From assembly GCF_006345805.1 (NCBI RefSeq), contig NC_043002.1, forward strand, positions 37,510,001 through 37,574,000: a DNA stretch of 64,000 bases, written 5' to 3'. Positions 12,294-25,230 of this stretch are shown one piece after another. Both the position numbers and the translations under genes were made by a program. A model generated the notes under the pieces. That model did no database searches and was not told where the DNA came from. It saw nothing but the letters and a program-made list of their open reading frames with translations. Within the stretch, counting starts at the first letter, position 1; each line of letters starts with the position of its first letter. Source of the DNA: Octopus sinensis. Taxonomy: Eukaryota.

Positions 12294-12796
12294 TGCACAC
12301 ATGCAGTCTTCACAAAATCTGTAAATTCATCTTACAAGGCATTGGTTAATCCGATAATACAAAAGGAGTAGACAGTTTCCCAAAGAGCTGAGCAATGAGA
12401 TTGAGCACAGGACCATGTAGATTTATGGTAAACTTCTTACTTACAAAGTTAATGATATGTGTATTGATGTGTGTGTAATTAGTTTTGCATATTCGGTGTG
12501 GATCTGTGAATTTGTGACAGTGTGCTTGTTTATGCATATTTAGGTCAATTCATAACTAATAACATTTTTCTGAAAAGAAATTAAAATTTTAATGATTTAA
12601 GCTAATATTAAATCTTTGGGAGGTTATAATTTAAAATGGAGTTATGTCAGCTTTTGTGACATACTTCGGAAATGTTTACTTGGCATAACAGTAGTTTTAT
12701 CTTGTAAGAACCTTTCAATTAGCACAGAAACATCATACAAATATGCTTGATATGTGGGCATGATATTGCTATGTTTTGTATGAAGCTTTTAATTAA

Positions 12797-12882
12797 CATG
12801 GCCAAATATCATATGAAAATATCAAGCATATAGTTTTTCATGAAAAACTATGTGTTTGATATTTTCATATGGTATTACCATG
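12797..12882. repeat. Spacer-less palindrome with 36-bp arms
   Basis: 12805-12840 pairs with 12841-12876 with 3 non-Watson-Crick positions, extended by catgg/ccatg. Confidence 0.9.
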
Positions 12883-13315
12883 ATTTCTGTGAACCTTCCA
12901 ATTAACACAGCAGTATTGTAGGAACACATCATGTAAGAAATCAATATTTAGAAATGTTAAAAATCAATATTATATGACTACACCGAGCATATAGATCTCC
13001 ATGAATTATAAAAAAAAATATATAAGGATTGATTGAAGGGTAAATAGATTTAATTTCTTTACCTTGAGACACACATCAAAGGCTTTGGAAAAAGATAGTA
13101 CCTTTTCTATTTAGCTATTTGATTCTACATATGAAACTTTTTGAAGTATCTAGATAGGTTGTATAATAATAATCCACGGATAATTGCAATATTTTTTTAA
13201 TAAATTAATCAGTATTGACCTGGGAGTAAAAAAATGAAAAAAAAATATCATCAACCTATATGCTAACACTAGCAGCCCTATATCTGTGTATGTAAATATA
13301 TATATAAAAAGATAA

Positions 13316-13621
13316 ACGTCGCCCTTTTCAAGCCTAGCCAGGCCATGGGCCTGGTTTCCTAGTTTCTGTGGCATATGTGTTCCCCCCAGCTGGACGGGAC
13401 GCCAATCCATCACAGCATTACTCAAGAAACAGGAAGAGAGAGTGAGAGAAAGTTGTGGTGAAAGAGTATAACAGGGGTTGCCACCACCCCCTGCTGGAGC
13501 CTCATGGAGCTTTTAGGTGTTTTTGCTCAATAAACACACACAATGCCTGGTCTGGGAATCGAAACTGCAATCTGTCGACCGCGAGCCAGCTGCCCTAACC
13601 ACTGGGCCATTGTACCTCCAC
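13316..13621 (-). mobile_element. Same SINE head with V-domain-like tail
   Basis: Minus strand gctgtgatggattggcgtcccgtccagctgggg resembles the V-SINE domain (ctgcgatggactggc..cc.gtccaggg). Confidence 0.8.
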
Positions 13622-13622
13622 A

Positions 13623-13669
<47 letters not shown>

Positions 13670-13682
13670 GTGCACACACACA

Positions 13683-13720
<38 letters not shown>

Positions 13721-14289
13721 CATGCATGGGCTGTTTAGTTTGCATTTTATTTTTTAATCTCAGGTCAATCATGATAATACATAAATGTATATATATATAT
13801 ACACACACACACATATATACATGTATATACGAGCATACATGCACACACACACACATATACACTCACAGTTTCATATTTAAAATTGAAGTGTATCTGCATA
13901 ATTTATAATACATATCATACAAATATTAGATAAGAAATGTGTTAAAAACTTCATAACACACAAAAATAAATTTACAAAGTAATAATTAGACATTAACTAC
14001 AACTGGATATATATGAATCCTCACTAACTGCCTGCTTGTATATAGAGAAATTAATCATCAAAAGAGAAAAAAACAGCTTTTCATGATTTGGGAGGGATAT
14101 GTGATAAAAATGGATAAATCTATGGAAGCATAGGAAAAACAAAATAAAAAAGAAAATATAAAGTTTGTGTTGATGCCTAATGGCAACTGGAATAAAGATA
14201 GGACACAGGAAACATAAGAGTGTGTCTTCATTTTCTGTTGCTTTATAACTTTTAATGGGATCCACTTTAATATACACATGATATATATA

Positions 14290-14350
<61 letters not shown>

Positions 14351-14630
14351 ATATGTATTCATTTTTCCTTTTGCTTGTTTAGGTCATTTGACTGTAGTCT
14401 TGCTGGAGCATCACCCTAAAGTGCTTTAGTCAAGGAAATCACCCCAAGACTTATTCTTTGTATGCCTAGTACTTATTCTATCTGTCTCTTTTGCTGAACC
14501 GCTAAGTTACGGGTATATGAACACTCCAGCATCAGTGTCAAGCAATGGTAGGGGGAAAACACACACACACACACACACACAATATATATATATATGTATA
14601 TATATTTTGCTTGGCACTTTAATAATAACG

Positions 14631-14660
<30 letters not shown>

Positions 14661-14661
<1 letters not shown>

Positions 14662-15100
14662 GATAGGTTACAGTAAATATTCTGCTCAATACCACAGACT
14701 TGCTTGTCAGTTGTTTGACCTTAACCAGTTGAGCATGTCCCTTAGTGGCTGACGATATGTCCATCTCTGATCACAAGTAAAAGTAGAGCATCATAGCCAA
14801 GTGTGGAGAGGAATTATTCAAGATTTGAATAATTCACCTCTGGAAGCATGGGTGTTTCATTCAACATCCTTAAACAAACCTTATTCAGGGAACATTTGAA
14901 TAAGATGGTCTGCTTGACTTGAAGAAAATTCTAAAAGGGCCCCACCTGCAAGGTCTTGCACTGTTTATCTTGATATGAGATCACCATGTCATGCATGTGC
15001 CTGGGGTACTCTTATCAGATAGGTATACTGGGCTTCATATATTTTACTCCAGTATCACTTTGATGGCATGCACTGCTCTCTCATTCAATAATAAAAATAA
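14661..15100 (+). mobile_element. Non-coding element bounded by (TAA)n, possibly an R4/Dong-dependent non-autonomous retroposon
   Basis: (TAA)n at 14620-14660 and aataataaaataa at 15088-15100; internal hairpins; abuts the Dong-like LINE remnant. Confidence 0.45.
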
Positions 15101-16047
15101 GCAGCAAAAAATCACATTCTATTGTCAAAGAAGCTTGCAAATTCGAAAGGGAACTTGGCAATAACCCTGAATTAGATGATGAACCTGATTCTACTGCCAC
15201 CAAACAAGCAAGATGGATCAAGCAGACTGCAAAAAAAAATAGGCAGAAACAAATTGAGCAATGTTGGAGCCAGAACCCTCTGCATGGGCAGTATATGCTT
15301 CGAAGCCGAAATGCTGATGTAGACCAAGCAACAACTCATCAGTGCCTGAGAAGTTCAGGACTGAAAGCAGAGACTGAAGGTTTCACATTGGTAGCACAAG
15401 ATCAAAGCTTGCTTACCAATAGCTACCAAGCTAACGTGCTTCAAAACAGTTCTGACCTTAAATGCTGATTCAGCAATACATTTGATGAAACAACAGACCA
15501 TCTCATCTCGGGATATCCTGTGCTGACACCAAATGAATACAAAAATCGCCATGATATATCGCCATGTATATAGTGTAGGACAGTATTTACATTGGAAAAT
15601 ATGTAAACACTACAAAATCAGCACTCCTGCTTACTGGTATGAACATCATCCTGAGCCAGTTGTTGAAGGTAAAAATGTCACTATCCTCTGGGATTTTCCA
15701 GTCAACACTGACAGAACAATCCAGGCTAAGTGACCAGACATAGTGATTAAAGACAAGGAAGAAAACACTTTGAGACTAACAGATGTAAGTGTTCCCACTA
15801 AACAAAAATATATCTGTAAAGGAATTTGACAAATTAAATAAATATTAGGACCTGGAAATTGAAATACAAAAGATGTGGCATCTTAAAGTGAGAACTATTC
15901 CTGTTATTGTAGGTGCACCAGGTATGATAGAAAAAAGGGATGTCAGAAACATCTAGATAATATCCCAAGAGAATCATGTCTCAGAGAAATCTGAAAGATT
16001 ATGCTGACAAGTACTGTCCACATCCTGGAAAAACCTTATCAATTTAA
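15101..16047 (+). pseudogene. 5'-truncated R4/Dong-clade non-LTR retrotransposon, C-terminal Zn-knuckle + PD-(D/E)XK endonuclease
   Basis: WSQNPLHGQY, GLKAETEGF..AQDQSL.T, KC*F..DETTDHLISG, RH, LWDFPVNTDRTIQAK*PDIV, DVSVP, KY*DLEIEIQKMW, IPVIVGA; stops and frameshifts. Confidence 0.9.
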
Positions 16048-16678
16048 ATATTCATGTATTACATGAAGATATTTTGCTACTGCACACCAGGCAAAATGCT
16101 TAGCAGTATTTCATTTGCTGTTACATTCTGAGTTCAAATTCCGCCAAGGTTGACTTTCATCCTTTCGGAGTCAATAAATTAAGTACCAGTTATGCACTGG
16201 GGTCGATGTAATCGACTTAATCCCTTTGTCTGTACTTGTTTGTTCCCTTGTGGGCAATAAAGAAATTTGGGGATGAGTCGATTACATTGACCCAGTGTTC
16301 AGCTTGTGCTTATTTTATTGACCCTGAAAGAATGAAAGGCAAAGTTGATCTTGGTGGAATAGCAACAGGTGAAATACTGCTAAGCATTTTGTCCAGAATA
16401 CTAACGATTCTGCCATGATGATGATGGTGATGCTTTCTATTAATAGGCACAAGGGCTGAAATTTTGTGGGAGGGTGTAAGTTGATTACATCAACTCCAGT
16501 GCTCAACTGGTACTTATTTTAATGACCCCCAAAAGGATGAAAGATGAAGTTGACATCAGTGGAATTTGAACTCAGAATGTAAAAATAAAAAGATGAAATG
16601 CCAGTAAGCATTTTGACTAGTGTGCTAACGATTCTGCCAGCTCACCACCTTAATAATAATGAAGATGATGATGATGTG

Positions 16679-16709
<31 letters not shown>

Positions 16710-17667
16710 CAATGAAGGTGAAACCCTACTGATAGGAAAACATACTGTCAGACTTTGTGCAAGTCTTAAAAATAAAAGAAAACGAGCAATATGACAAAGC
16801 TTTTTTTTTTACAGAGATGATGATTGCATTCTTAGTTAAAAGTTAAAGCTTGCATAAGTGTGAAAAACAACATAAGGGCTGTCAACTATGATTAAACTAA
16901 ATTTAAGGAAATTTTTTTTTCAATTTTACTTCTATTTTTTTTAACCCTGCAGCCAGTCTTAAAACCTGAATCAACTAGACCTTGACTGGCTGACATCAAC
17001 ACATGTTAAGGTTCTTATTTATTCTCTTGTTTTCACAAATTTCATCTTTAATCACAGTTTTAATTTATTTATTTTTTCTTGTTGTTTATTTGTGGTTTTT
17101 ATTTTTTTTTGTTTTACCTTTTTCGATTTTTTTTTTGCATGTGTGTTTTTAAATTTACAAACCACTACAGCCTGCATTATATTAATTCTGCTTTCTACAC
17201 AACAACATAGATGATATTGGTCAAAAGAAACAAAACTGAATAGATTCTGCAATCTATTCGCTGCTGTATTTTCCAACAAATTGTATTGAATAAAAGATAG
17301 AATAAAAATAAAATAAAATGGAAAATATATCAAATATAGAATAAAATAATAAAAAAAAAAATGGAATGAAATAGAAAATTATTTAAGGAATTTTTAATGC
17401 AGCATGAATTGTATTTCTTGAGCAAACATCTGAATTTAGAATTTTGAACAGGAAAATAAATGAGAAAGAATTAACTAAAAAAAAAGAAAAGAAAAGAAAA
17501 ATAAAGAAAGAAAAATGCAAACAGAGTAAATAAAAACAAACGCATCTCTATTTTCCTCTTCTTCACCTTCCCTGTGTGTATGCGAGTTTGTGATTACACA
17601 TATGCACATATAGATATGCATGTATATACATATATATATATACATATATATATGCATACACATATTT

Positions 17668-17709
<42 letters not shown>

Positions 17710-17766
17710 GTGTGTGTGTATGTATATATCTATAAACACATACATACACACATACATATATATGTA

Positions 17767-17829
<63 letters not shown>

Positions 17830-18524
17830 CACACACAAATATATATGTATATATACATACACACACATATATATATATATGTATATATACATACACACAC
17901 ATATATATGTATATATACATACACACATATATATATGTATATATACATACACACATATATATATATATACATATATCTATAACACTGGAACACATACACA
18001 CACACACACACGCATGCATGCACACACACACGAACACAGACGTGTGCACATACACATACATGTGAAGAAGGACATAGATGATTACAGCCAAATCAAATCT
18101 TACTCAAATCATTACCAATACAATGACTTTCCAGATTTAGGTGTATCTACGAACCAGAGGGGGAGGAGGTCATAGGGGAAGGTAAGTGATGCAACAGTGA
18201 TGGCATTAGTAGCAGTAGTGGTGGTCGTGGTGGATGCCTACTTTTCAGTGTATTTTCTGACTTATTAGATTCTTACTTGATCACGTATAAAATCATGCAC
18301 AAACAAAATTGTTGCATACCATATATACAAGTAGAAAACTTATGGAAACATACATACATACATACCTACAGACAGACATCATATATACATACTTATATAT
18401 ATACATTCATGTATGTATGCGCACATACACACATACATACATACCTACAGACAGACATCATATCTACATATTTATATATATATACATTCATGTATGTATG
18501 AGCACATACACACATACATACAGG

Positions 18525-18580
<56 letters not shown>

Positions 18581-18590
18581 CAAATAGATA
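18525..18590. repeat. (GATA)n microsatellite, preceded by an ~80-bp tandem duplication (18350-18520)
   Basis: Directly visible. Confidence 0.9.
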
Positions 18591-19028
18591 GTTGAAGATT
18601 GACAAAGAAACAGAAAAAGATGTTACTGAGATTCACTAGTAGTTACGATGTGTGGCAAGAGAAACCAGCTGTCAGTTGACAATTAGAACGCATCTTTCGA
18701 AGGAATAGTTTCAGATATGGAGTTGAAGCATAGACAGTTGTTGCTGTTGCTTCTACAGCTGCAGCCCACAACAACCCATGGTAGCTCACAGCAGCTGAAG
18801 TAGTACTTGTAACCAGTTCAATTAAAATTATTTGTAACATCTTTAACTCTTTTGTGTTCATATTACTCTTGTGAGATAAGGCAGCAAGCTGGGCGAAATA
18901 CTTAGCAGTATTTCGTCTGTCGCTATGTTCTGAGTTCAAATTCTGCCAAGGTCGACTTTGCCTTTCATCCTTTTGAAGTCAATAAATTAAGTACCAGTTA
19001 CGCACTGGGGTCAATATAATTGACTTAA

Positions 19029-19249
19029 CCCTTTCGTTACCAACCCGGCTGAAACCGGCTCTGGCTTTGAGTACAAATGTTTTGTTTTCATAAGTTTTGA
19101 ATTAAAATCTTCCACCAAACCTTAATCACAATTTATGTTCCCTAACACTAGCTTAATGATAACTAAGTTATTTTACTAAATTCTTAGTTATATTTAAAGT
19201 AATTGAAAAAAACACAGAGCATCTCAAAATAAATACAGTAACGAAAGGG
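19029..19249. mobile_element. piggyBac-type MITE family B, intact, nested in a SINE; diverged relative at ~55747-55962
   Basis: TTAA|CCCTTTCGTTAC ... GTAACGAAAGGG|TTAA: perfect 12-bp TIR and TTAA TSD. Confidence 0.9.
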
Positions 19250-19873
19250 TTAATCTGTCTGTCTGTCCTTGTTTGTCTCCTCTGTGTTTAGCCCCTTGTG
19301 GGTAGTAAAGAAATAGGTATTTCATCTCTTGCTATGTTCTGAGTTCAAGTTCTGCCAAGGTCGACTTTGCCTTTCCTACTTTTGGGTTCAATAAATTAAG
19401 TACCAGTTGCGCACTGGGGTCGATGTATTCGATTTAATCCCTCTCCCCAAATTTGAGGCCTTGTGCTTCCAGCAGAAAGGATATTTATTACTCTGTATGA
19501 TATAGTGCTCATATATTCATGTTATTTTGAATTAATCAGGGATTATCTTTGTAGCCTTGAAATTTTGGCAATGTGATTGTTTATTCTTAGAATGACATTG
19601 TAGGGTAGATAGGAGAGGCCAGATCTGATCAGTTTGAACACAAACAGGTAGAATATTTGGGCCAAATATGGCCAGTTTAAATGTTAATGGATTAATGATG
19701 GGTGTTCTAATTTTGACTAGTTTGTTACTGGTGTAGTGTATCTAGGACTACTCTATCCGTTTAATCATCCACTCCTTCTACTCCAAAGTTCTACGCCCAC
19801 AGGAATTCCCTTGTTGTTATGTATACATCAAATTGGAACTAGTATTGCAAAAAAAAAAAAATGCTATGGCTAA

Positions 19874-20270
19874 GGCGCAGGAGTGGCTGTGTGGTAAGTA
19901 GCTTGGTTACCAACCACATGGTTCCAGGTTCAGTCCCACTGTGTGGGACCTTGGGCAAGTCTTCTACTATAGCCTCGGGCCGACCAAAGACTTGTGAGTG
20001 GATTTGGTAGACGGAAACTGAAAGAAGCCCGTCGTATATATGTATATATATATGTGTGTGTGTTTGTGTTTGTCCCCTCCAACATCGCTTGACAACCAGT
20101 CGTAGTGTGTTTACGTCCCCGTAACTTAGTGGTTCGGCAAAAGAGACCGATAAAATAAGTACTAGGCTTACAATGAATAAGTCCTGGGGTCGATTTACTC
20201 GACTAAAGGCGATGCTCCAGCATGACCGTAGTCAAATGACTGAAACAAGTAAAAGAGTAAAAGCGTAAAA
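19874..20270 (+). mobile_element. Dominant tRNA-derived SINE, full length
   Basis: ggcgcaggagtggctgtgtggtaagtagc ... tgactgaaacaagtaaaagagtaaa. Confidence 0.9.
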
Positions 20271-20496
20271 AAAGATTTAAAGCCCCTTCCTTGAGATCAA
20301 AACAATTATTAAAGCAAGAATTTTTAAATGCATGCTTGGTCAATCTAGAGCTGATCTGGATCTAAACAGTAACAATAACAACAGCAACAGTCACCACCAA
20401 TGCCACCACTATCACCGTTGCTGCAGCCTTTGCCACCACCACCACCACCACCACCACCACCACCACCTATTATGTTATTAATGTTGCCAAGATTAA

Positions 20497-20715
20497 CCCT
20501 TTAGTATTTAAACTAGTCATATCCGGCCAAAATATTTAATCTACCTTACGTTCAAACTGACCAGATCCAGGCCCTCACACCTGCCCTACAATGTTATTCT
20601 ACATTAAGTAATTACACCATCAAGATGGTGAAGATATGAGATAATGTATGATTAATTCAAATCAATGTGAATCAATAAGCATTATGTTTGATAGAATAAT
20701 CCGAACACTAAAGGG
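20497..20715. mobile_element. piggyBac-type MITE family A, complete copy
   Basis: TTAA|ccctttagtatt ... aacactaaaggg|TTAA (11/12 TIR match). Confidence 0.85.
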
Positions 20716-23700
20716 TTAAAGTATACCCCAGTAAAATTTGAACTTCAAATACAGAATAACGAAACTAACTTTTGAGTTCAGAGATTATGGGTTTTTTTGG
20801 GCTGTTTTTTTTTTCTTTTTGCTTCCTCTGCTACCTTACCTGCCTTCAGTACTTTTGGAATGAAAATGACAATGCTTGAAATAAAGAAACTAAATGTTTA
20901 AACATTTCCAATAGACGATTTAATTCCACAGCTCTGTTATCAAAGATCTTAGTTTGTATATCTATTATGTCTCGAGGAAACTGAACAAATCTAAGCTACA
21001 GGCTAAGTTTTCAATGGTGAATGAGTTTGATGATATTATGTGCTTGTTTACTGCACTGAATAAAATGTAATTTGTAATGCTAGATAGACAATATGATGGG
21101 AATGGAAGCTAAGATTTAGACAAAAACTAATGTTCTGAGCAGTTGATTGCTACAAACTTAATTAGAAGTGTGCCAAATAAGATTTGAAATTAGATAGCTA
21201 GAATTGGCTTTAGGAGTAAATGGGAAAGTAATGCAGCAAATAGTAGAAAATGAAAAATATACTTGATGATAGGCAAAACACACACATGCACACACACACA
21301 CGTATGCGTGCGCCCGCCCGCATGCACGCTAACACATGCACATATGATGGGAAGACTTCACAAATGAAGACGAACGGTATATAATTGAAAAGAAAGAGAA
21401 ATGGTAAATAGGGTAAAAGAATAAATGAAGACTAATGAAAATTAATAAAATTCTAAATCAGAAAACAAATGACACGTTAGCCATGTGAAATTAAGCATTC
21501 TTCATGGATATGATGTTGTTGTTATTGCTGTCATTTAACCTAACCTCACTTTTGACAAGGCTGGTCTATATTAAGAAGATTCTAGTTACAATTATCCAAT
21601 TTTTTGTTTATCCATAATGACATTATCCAGTGCAACATTAGGGTGAGATTTTTGCAGAAAATTTAACTGCTATTTTTAACAGGTCAAGTCAGTGCCATCT
21701 TATCTTATAAAGCTTTATAATCTTGCTGAGGTCAGTGCTGCCTCTCATCTTCCCAATGCTGAAAAGAAAAGTTCCATTTTTGGGTGGTCAATTGGATGGC
21801 ATTATCCAGTGCACCATTAGGGTGAGATTTGAGAGAGGTTTAACTGCTATTTTTAACAGGTTGAGTCAGTGCCATCTAATCTTATAATACTTCATAATCA
21901 CACTGAAGTCAATGCTGCTTTTATCTAACCAGATTTGAAGAAAAAAGGTTCCCTTTCAGGATGCTGGATTGGAATTGTAAAAACATAATACTAGACACCT
22001 TGTGGTACTTCTTGCAGTTCTTTGTGTTGTGAGTTCAAATCCATCTATGGTCTATTTGTATAGTAGTTAACCCATTACCCACAGTCTGACACATTGGGTG
22101 TCTGTAGACCTTCAGCAAAGTTCACTCAGTTTCAAGTATTTAGCCTAGGTCTCTGATTAGAGAATGCTTCTCTCCACCTCACTCATCAGTCTTGGAGGCC
22201 CTGTAAAGAGTCATGCCAACTAAATCCCCTACCGACTTAAAGATAAGAAATTACTAAATAAATAAATAAATCTTTTATCTTTTACTTGGTTCAGTTATTG
22301 GATTGTGCCTATGCTGTGGCACCATCTTGGGAAGTTTAGTCGAGCAAGTTTGACACCAGGACTTATTCTTTAAATCTGGTACTAATTCTGTTGCTTCTTT
22401 TTGCCAAACTGATAAGTTATAGGAATTCAAACAAACTAGTACCAGCTATCATGTGAGTAGGGAGACAAATACAAACACAAACGTGCACACACACTCTCTG
22501 TTACTCTCTCTCTCACATGCACACACACATACGCACATGCACACACGCACATTCACATTCACACATAAATGTGATTCCACATAATTCTTGAAATAAAACG
22601 AATAATTTGTAAATTTTTAGCCAGCAAATAGAATATTTAATCTCAGTAGCTCACATATCATATCTGATACATAGTATAGTATTTTTATGTACAAGAAATT
22701 CATATATGCTAACATTAAGAAGCCAGTTAAAAATTACATTTTATCGCAAAAGATTATGAATAGTACATTAGCCTAAGTTGTCTTAAAAGACTATACATAA
22801 CAAGAAACATCTTAGAATGGCTACAAGTGTAGATAATCAGTTATAATCCACAATATTAATTCTTAATATTTCATATGAGATAAAATACATTGATATACAT
22901 AAAAATATTTTAATCTAAAGAAAATAAAAATGTTATATTTTTATGTGTTTTTCTAATACAAGTGAGTGAAAAAACCTTGTAGTAGTCTAATTCTTATGAA
23001 TTATATACCCCACCTTATCTTAACCTTTCACCACAAGGTCCAGTCTAATCCTTGTTGTGATGTGGTGGTTGTGTGCCTTAATGATCTCGAGAGCTAAGTT
23101 AGTGGAGCACAAGCTCTTGACAGGAGTCCTCATGCTGGACCAGTCAAAGGATTGAGACTAGACTAATACTAATCATTTCTTGCCAGAGGTAAAAATGGGT
23201 TTGCATAGGGTCAGCATTCCTACCTAGAAAAATATGTAGAGCTGCAGAAGCATCAAGGACAAAACCTGGAAGATGACGGCCCAGAATTGAGAAAAGTTGA
23301 GATAACTTGTCAATGGATTATGTTCCATAGGGAGCAAAAGGCTTAAGTAATTAACTAACTTTACTCTTGACCATGGCAACAAAAATTGTATACTTATAAG
23401 ATTAGCTTGTTAGATAAGCATAGAGAAACAATCATGGTTGGTTGTTTTGCTATTTTTTAATCCCCAAATCAGTCTGATTAAATAAGCCTGTGCTAAAAGG
23501 CAGCTTCATCTTGAAAACCTTATTGTCTTTAGTACATCTAGGACTCATCATCATCATCATCGTTTAATGCCTGCTTTCCATACTGGCATGGGTTGGCTGG
23601 TTTAGATGAGGGCTAGCAAGCCAGAAGGCTGTACCAGGCTCCAATCTGACCTGGCAAAGTTTCTACAGCTGGATGCCCTTCCTAACACCAACCACTCTGA

Positions 23701-24679
23701 GAGTTTAGTGGGCGCTTTTTATGTGGCACTGGCACAAGGGCCAGTCTGGCAGTACTGGTATTGACAATGCTTCAATGGTGCTGTTTACGTGCCACCAGCA
23801 CAGGACCAGTCAGGCAGCACTGGCATCAATCACGCTCAAATGATGATTTTTACATGCCACCAGCATGGGTGTCAGTTAGGTGGTACTGCCATCGGCCACA
23901 ACAATGACTTCATTTGACTCACATTATCATATGTGTCTGACATCCCTTTTTTTAAGATGATAGGGTACACTTTGAGGGAAATATTGTGAATATTTCTGAC
24001 AAATCAAGTAACATCATTAATTGAGAGCAGAGTAGAAATTTTTGGTGAAAATAGGAGCTAGCTTAGTGTTTCCCTATTTGAAAGTGGAAGCAAGGATATT
24101 GTCAGGGTATTTTCTTTCAGAAGTTTTGCATTTAGTGTCAAAGAGGGTTGGCTTTGGAGGTATTTTTGTGAGTGGAATTAAAAACAAAATGGAAAATAAA
24201 TGCTGGAGATTTGTCTGTAGGGTTCTTTCTTATAGAATTTCAAAAAAAGCAAGTAAAAGGATTGTTTTCATGTGAAAAGCCTATTAGGAAGGATTAAATG
24301 CTCCAGCTACAATTTAGGTAACAAACAAGAATATATAACACCCTTACATATAATTTTGCATTATGACTGATAATTTTATACCAATTAAAATGAGAATATC
24401 TTCTTGGTGTTTTTTTTTACCTGCAGTTAGGCTGATGGATACTACTATCAATTGGTGACTGTTGTGTTATGGATTTAGAATTGTGGTTGTTCCTTAGCCC
24501 CACACCAGCTCTGATAATGTAAACCTATAATCAAAGATATTTCAGCCATACCCACCCCATCTATATATCTCTCTGCAAGTCCATTGCTGGATAATTCCAA
24601 CAATATGCCCTTGCAGTAAAACCGTTGTGTGTAATTTGAGAAAGATTTGACTGCTCTTTCTGGAGCTCTGTCTAAAGGA

Positions 24680-25230
24680 TCATCTGTTTGTTTGTAGATA
24701 TCATCATTAGCTTCTCAGATGTGGAGCGATATACCTAGAACTTGAATCCCTTTTTTTTAACTATCTTGAATGGGTCTGTGGATAAAGTGTTAATCTTGAT
24801 TAAAAGTTTGTTTATTGTATCCATCTTTTATCACTGCACTGATTTTTTTTTTTGGCCAATCCAATCAGCAGACAACATTTTGTAAATCCCATTAACTTCC
24901 CTTAATCTAAGTATAAGCATCATAACATCGTGCCGATTTGATTTATCAGTGGCTTATCAGTCATATTCAATACTTTATCCAGATTCCATCAAGGCTGATT
25001 CAATATCATATACATTCTAAAAGGTATATAATGGCAAAGCATTATATTACAGATGATTTTCATCAATAATGGTAACACCAGTAAATGACCTAGATTTTTC
25101 TCCATCTGCAATCCTGTGTTTGCTAGACTATACATGCACCAGTTTCTGATTTTAGAAGAAACCATATATAGCTGTCTGCTCAGTAGATAACCTTACCTGA
25201 TTCTCATTGAGTGTTAATTAATCAACATAA
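24680..25230 (-). pseudogene. Possible very decayed R4/Dong-type LINE fragment
   Basis: Weak motifs only (LDKVLNMT..H and a GL.NV-like segment). Confidence 0.25.

Noticed and set aside
12848-12872. miR-190-like sequence (tgtttgatat); miR-315-like attgttgctcagaa at ~54437
   Set aside because: Seed regions do not match the known mature sequences.
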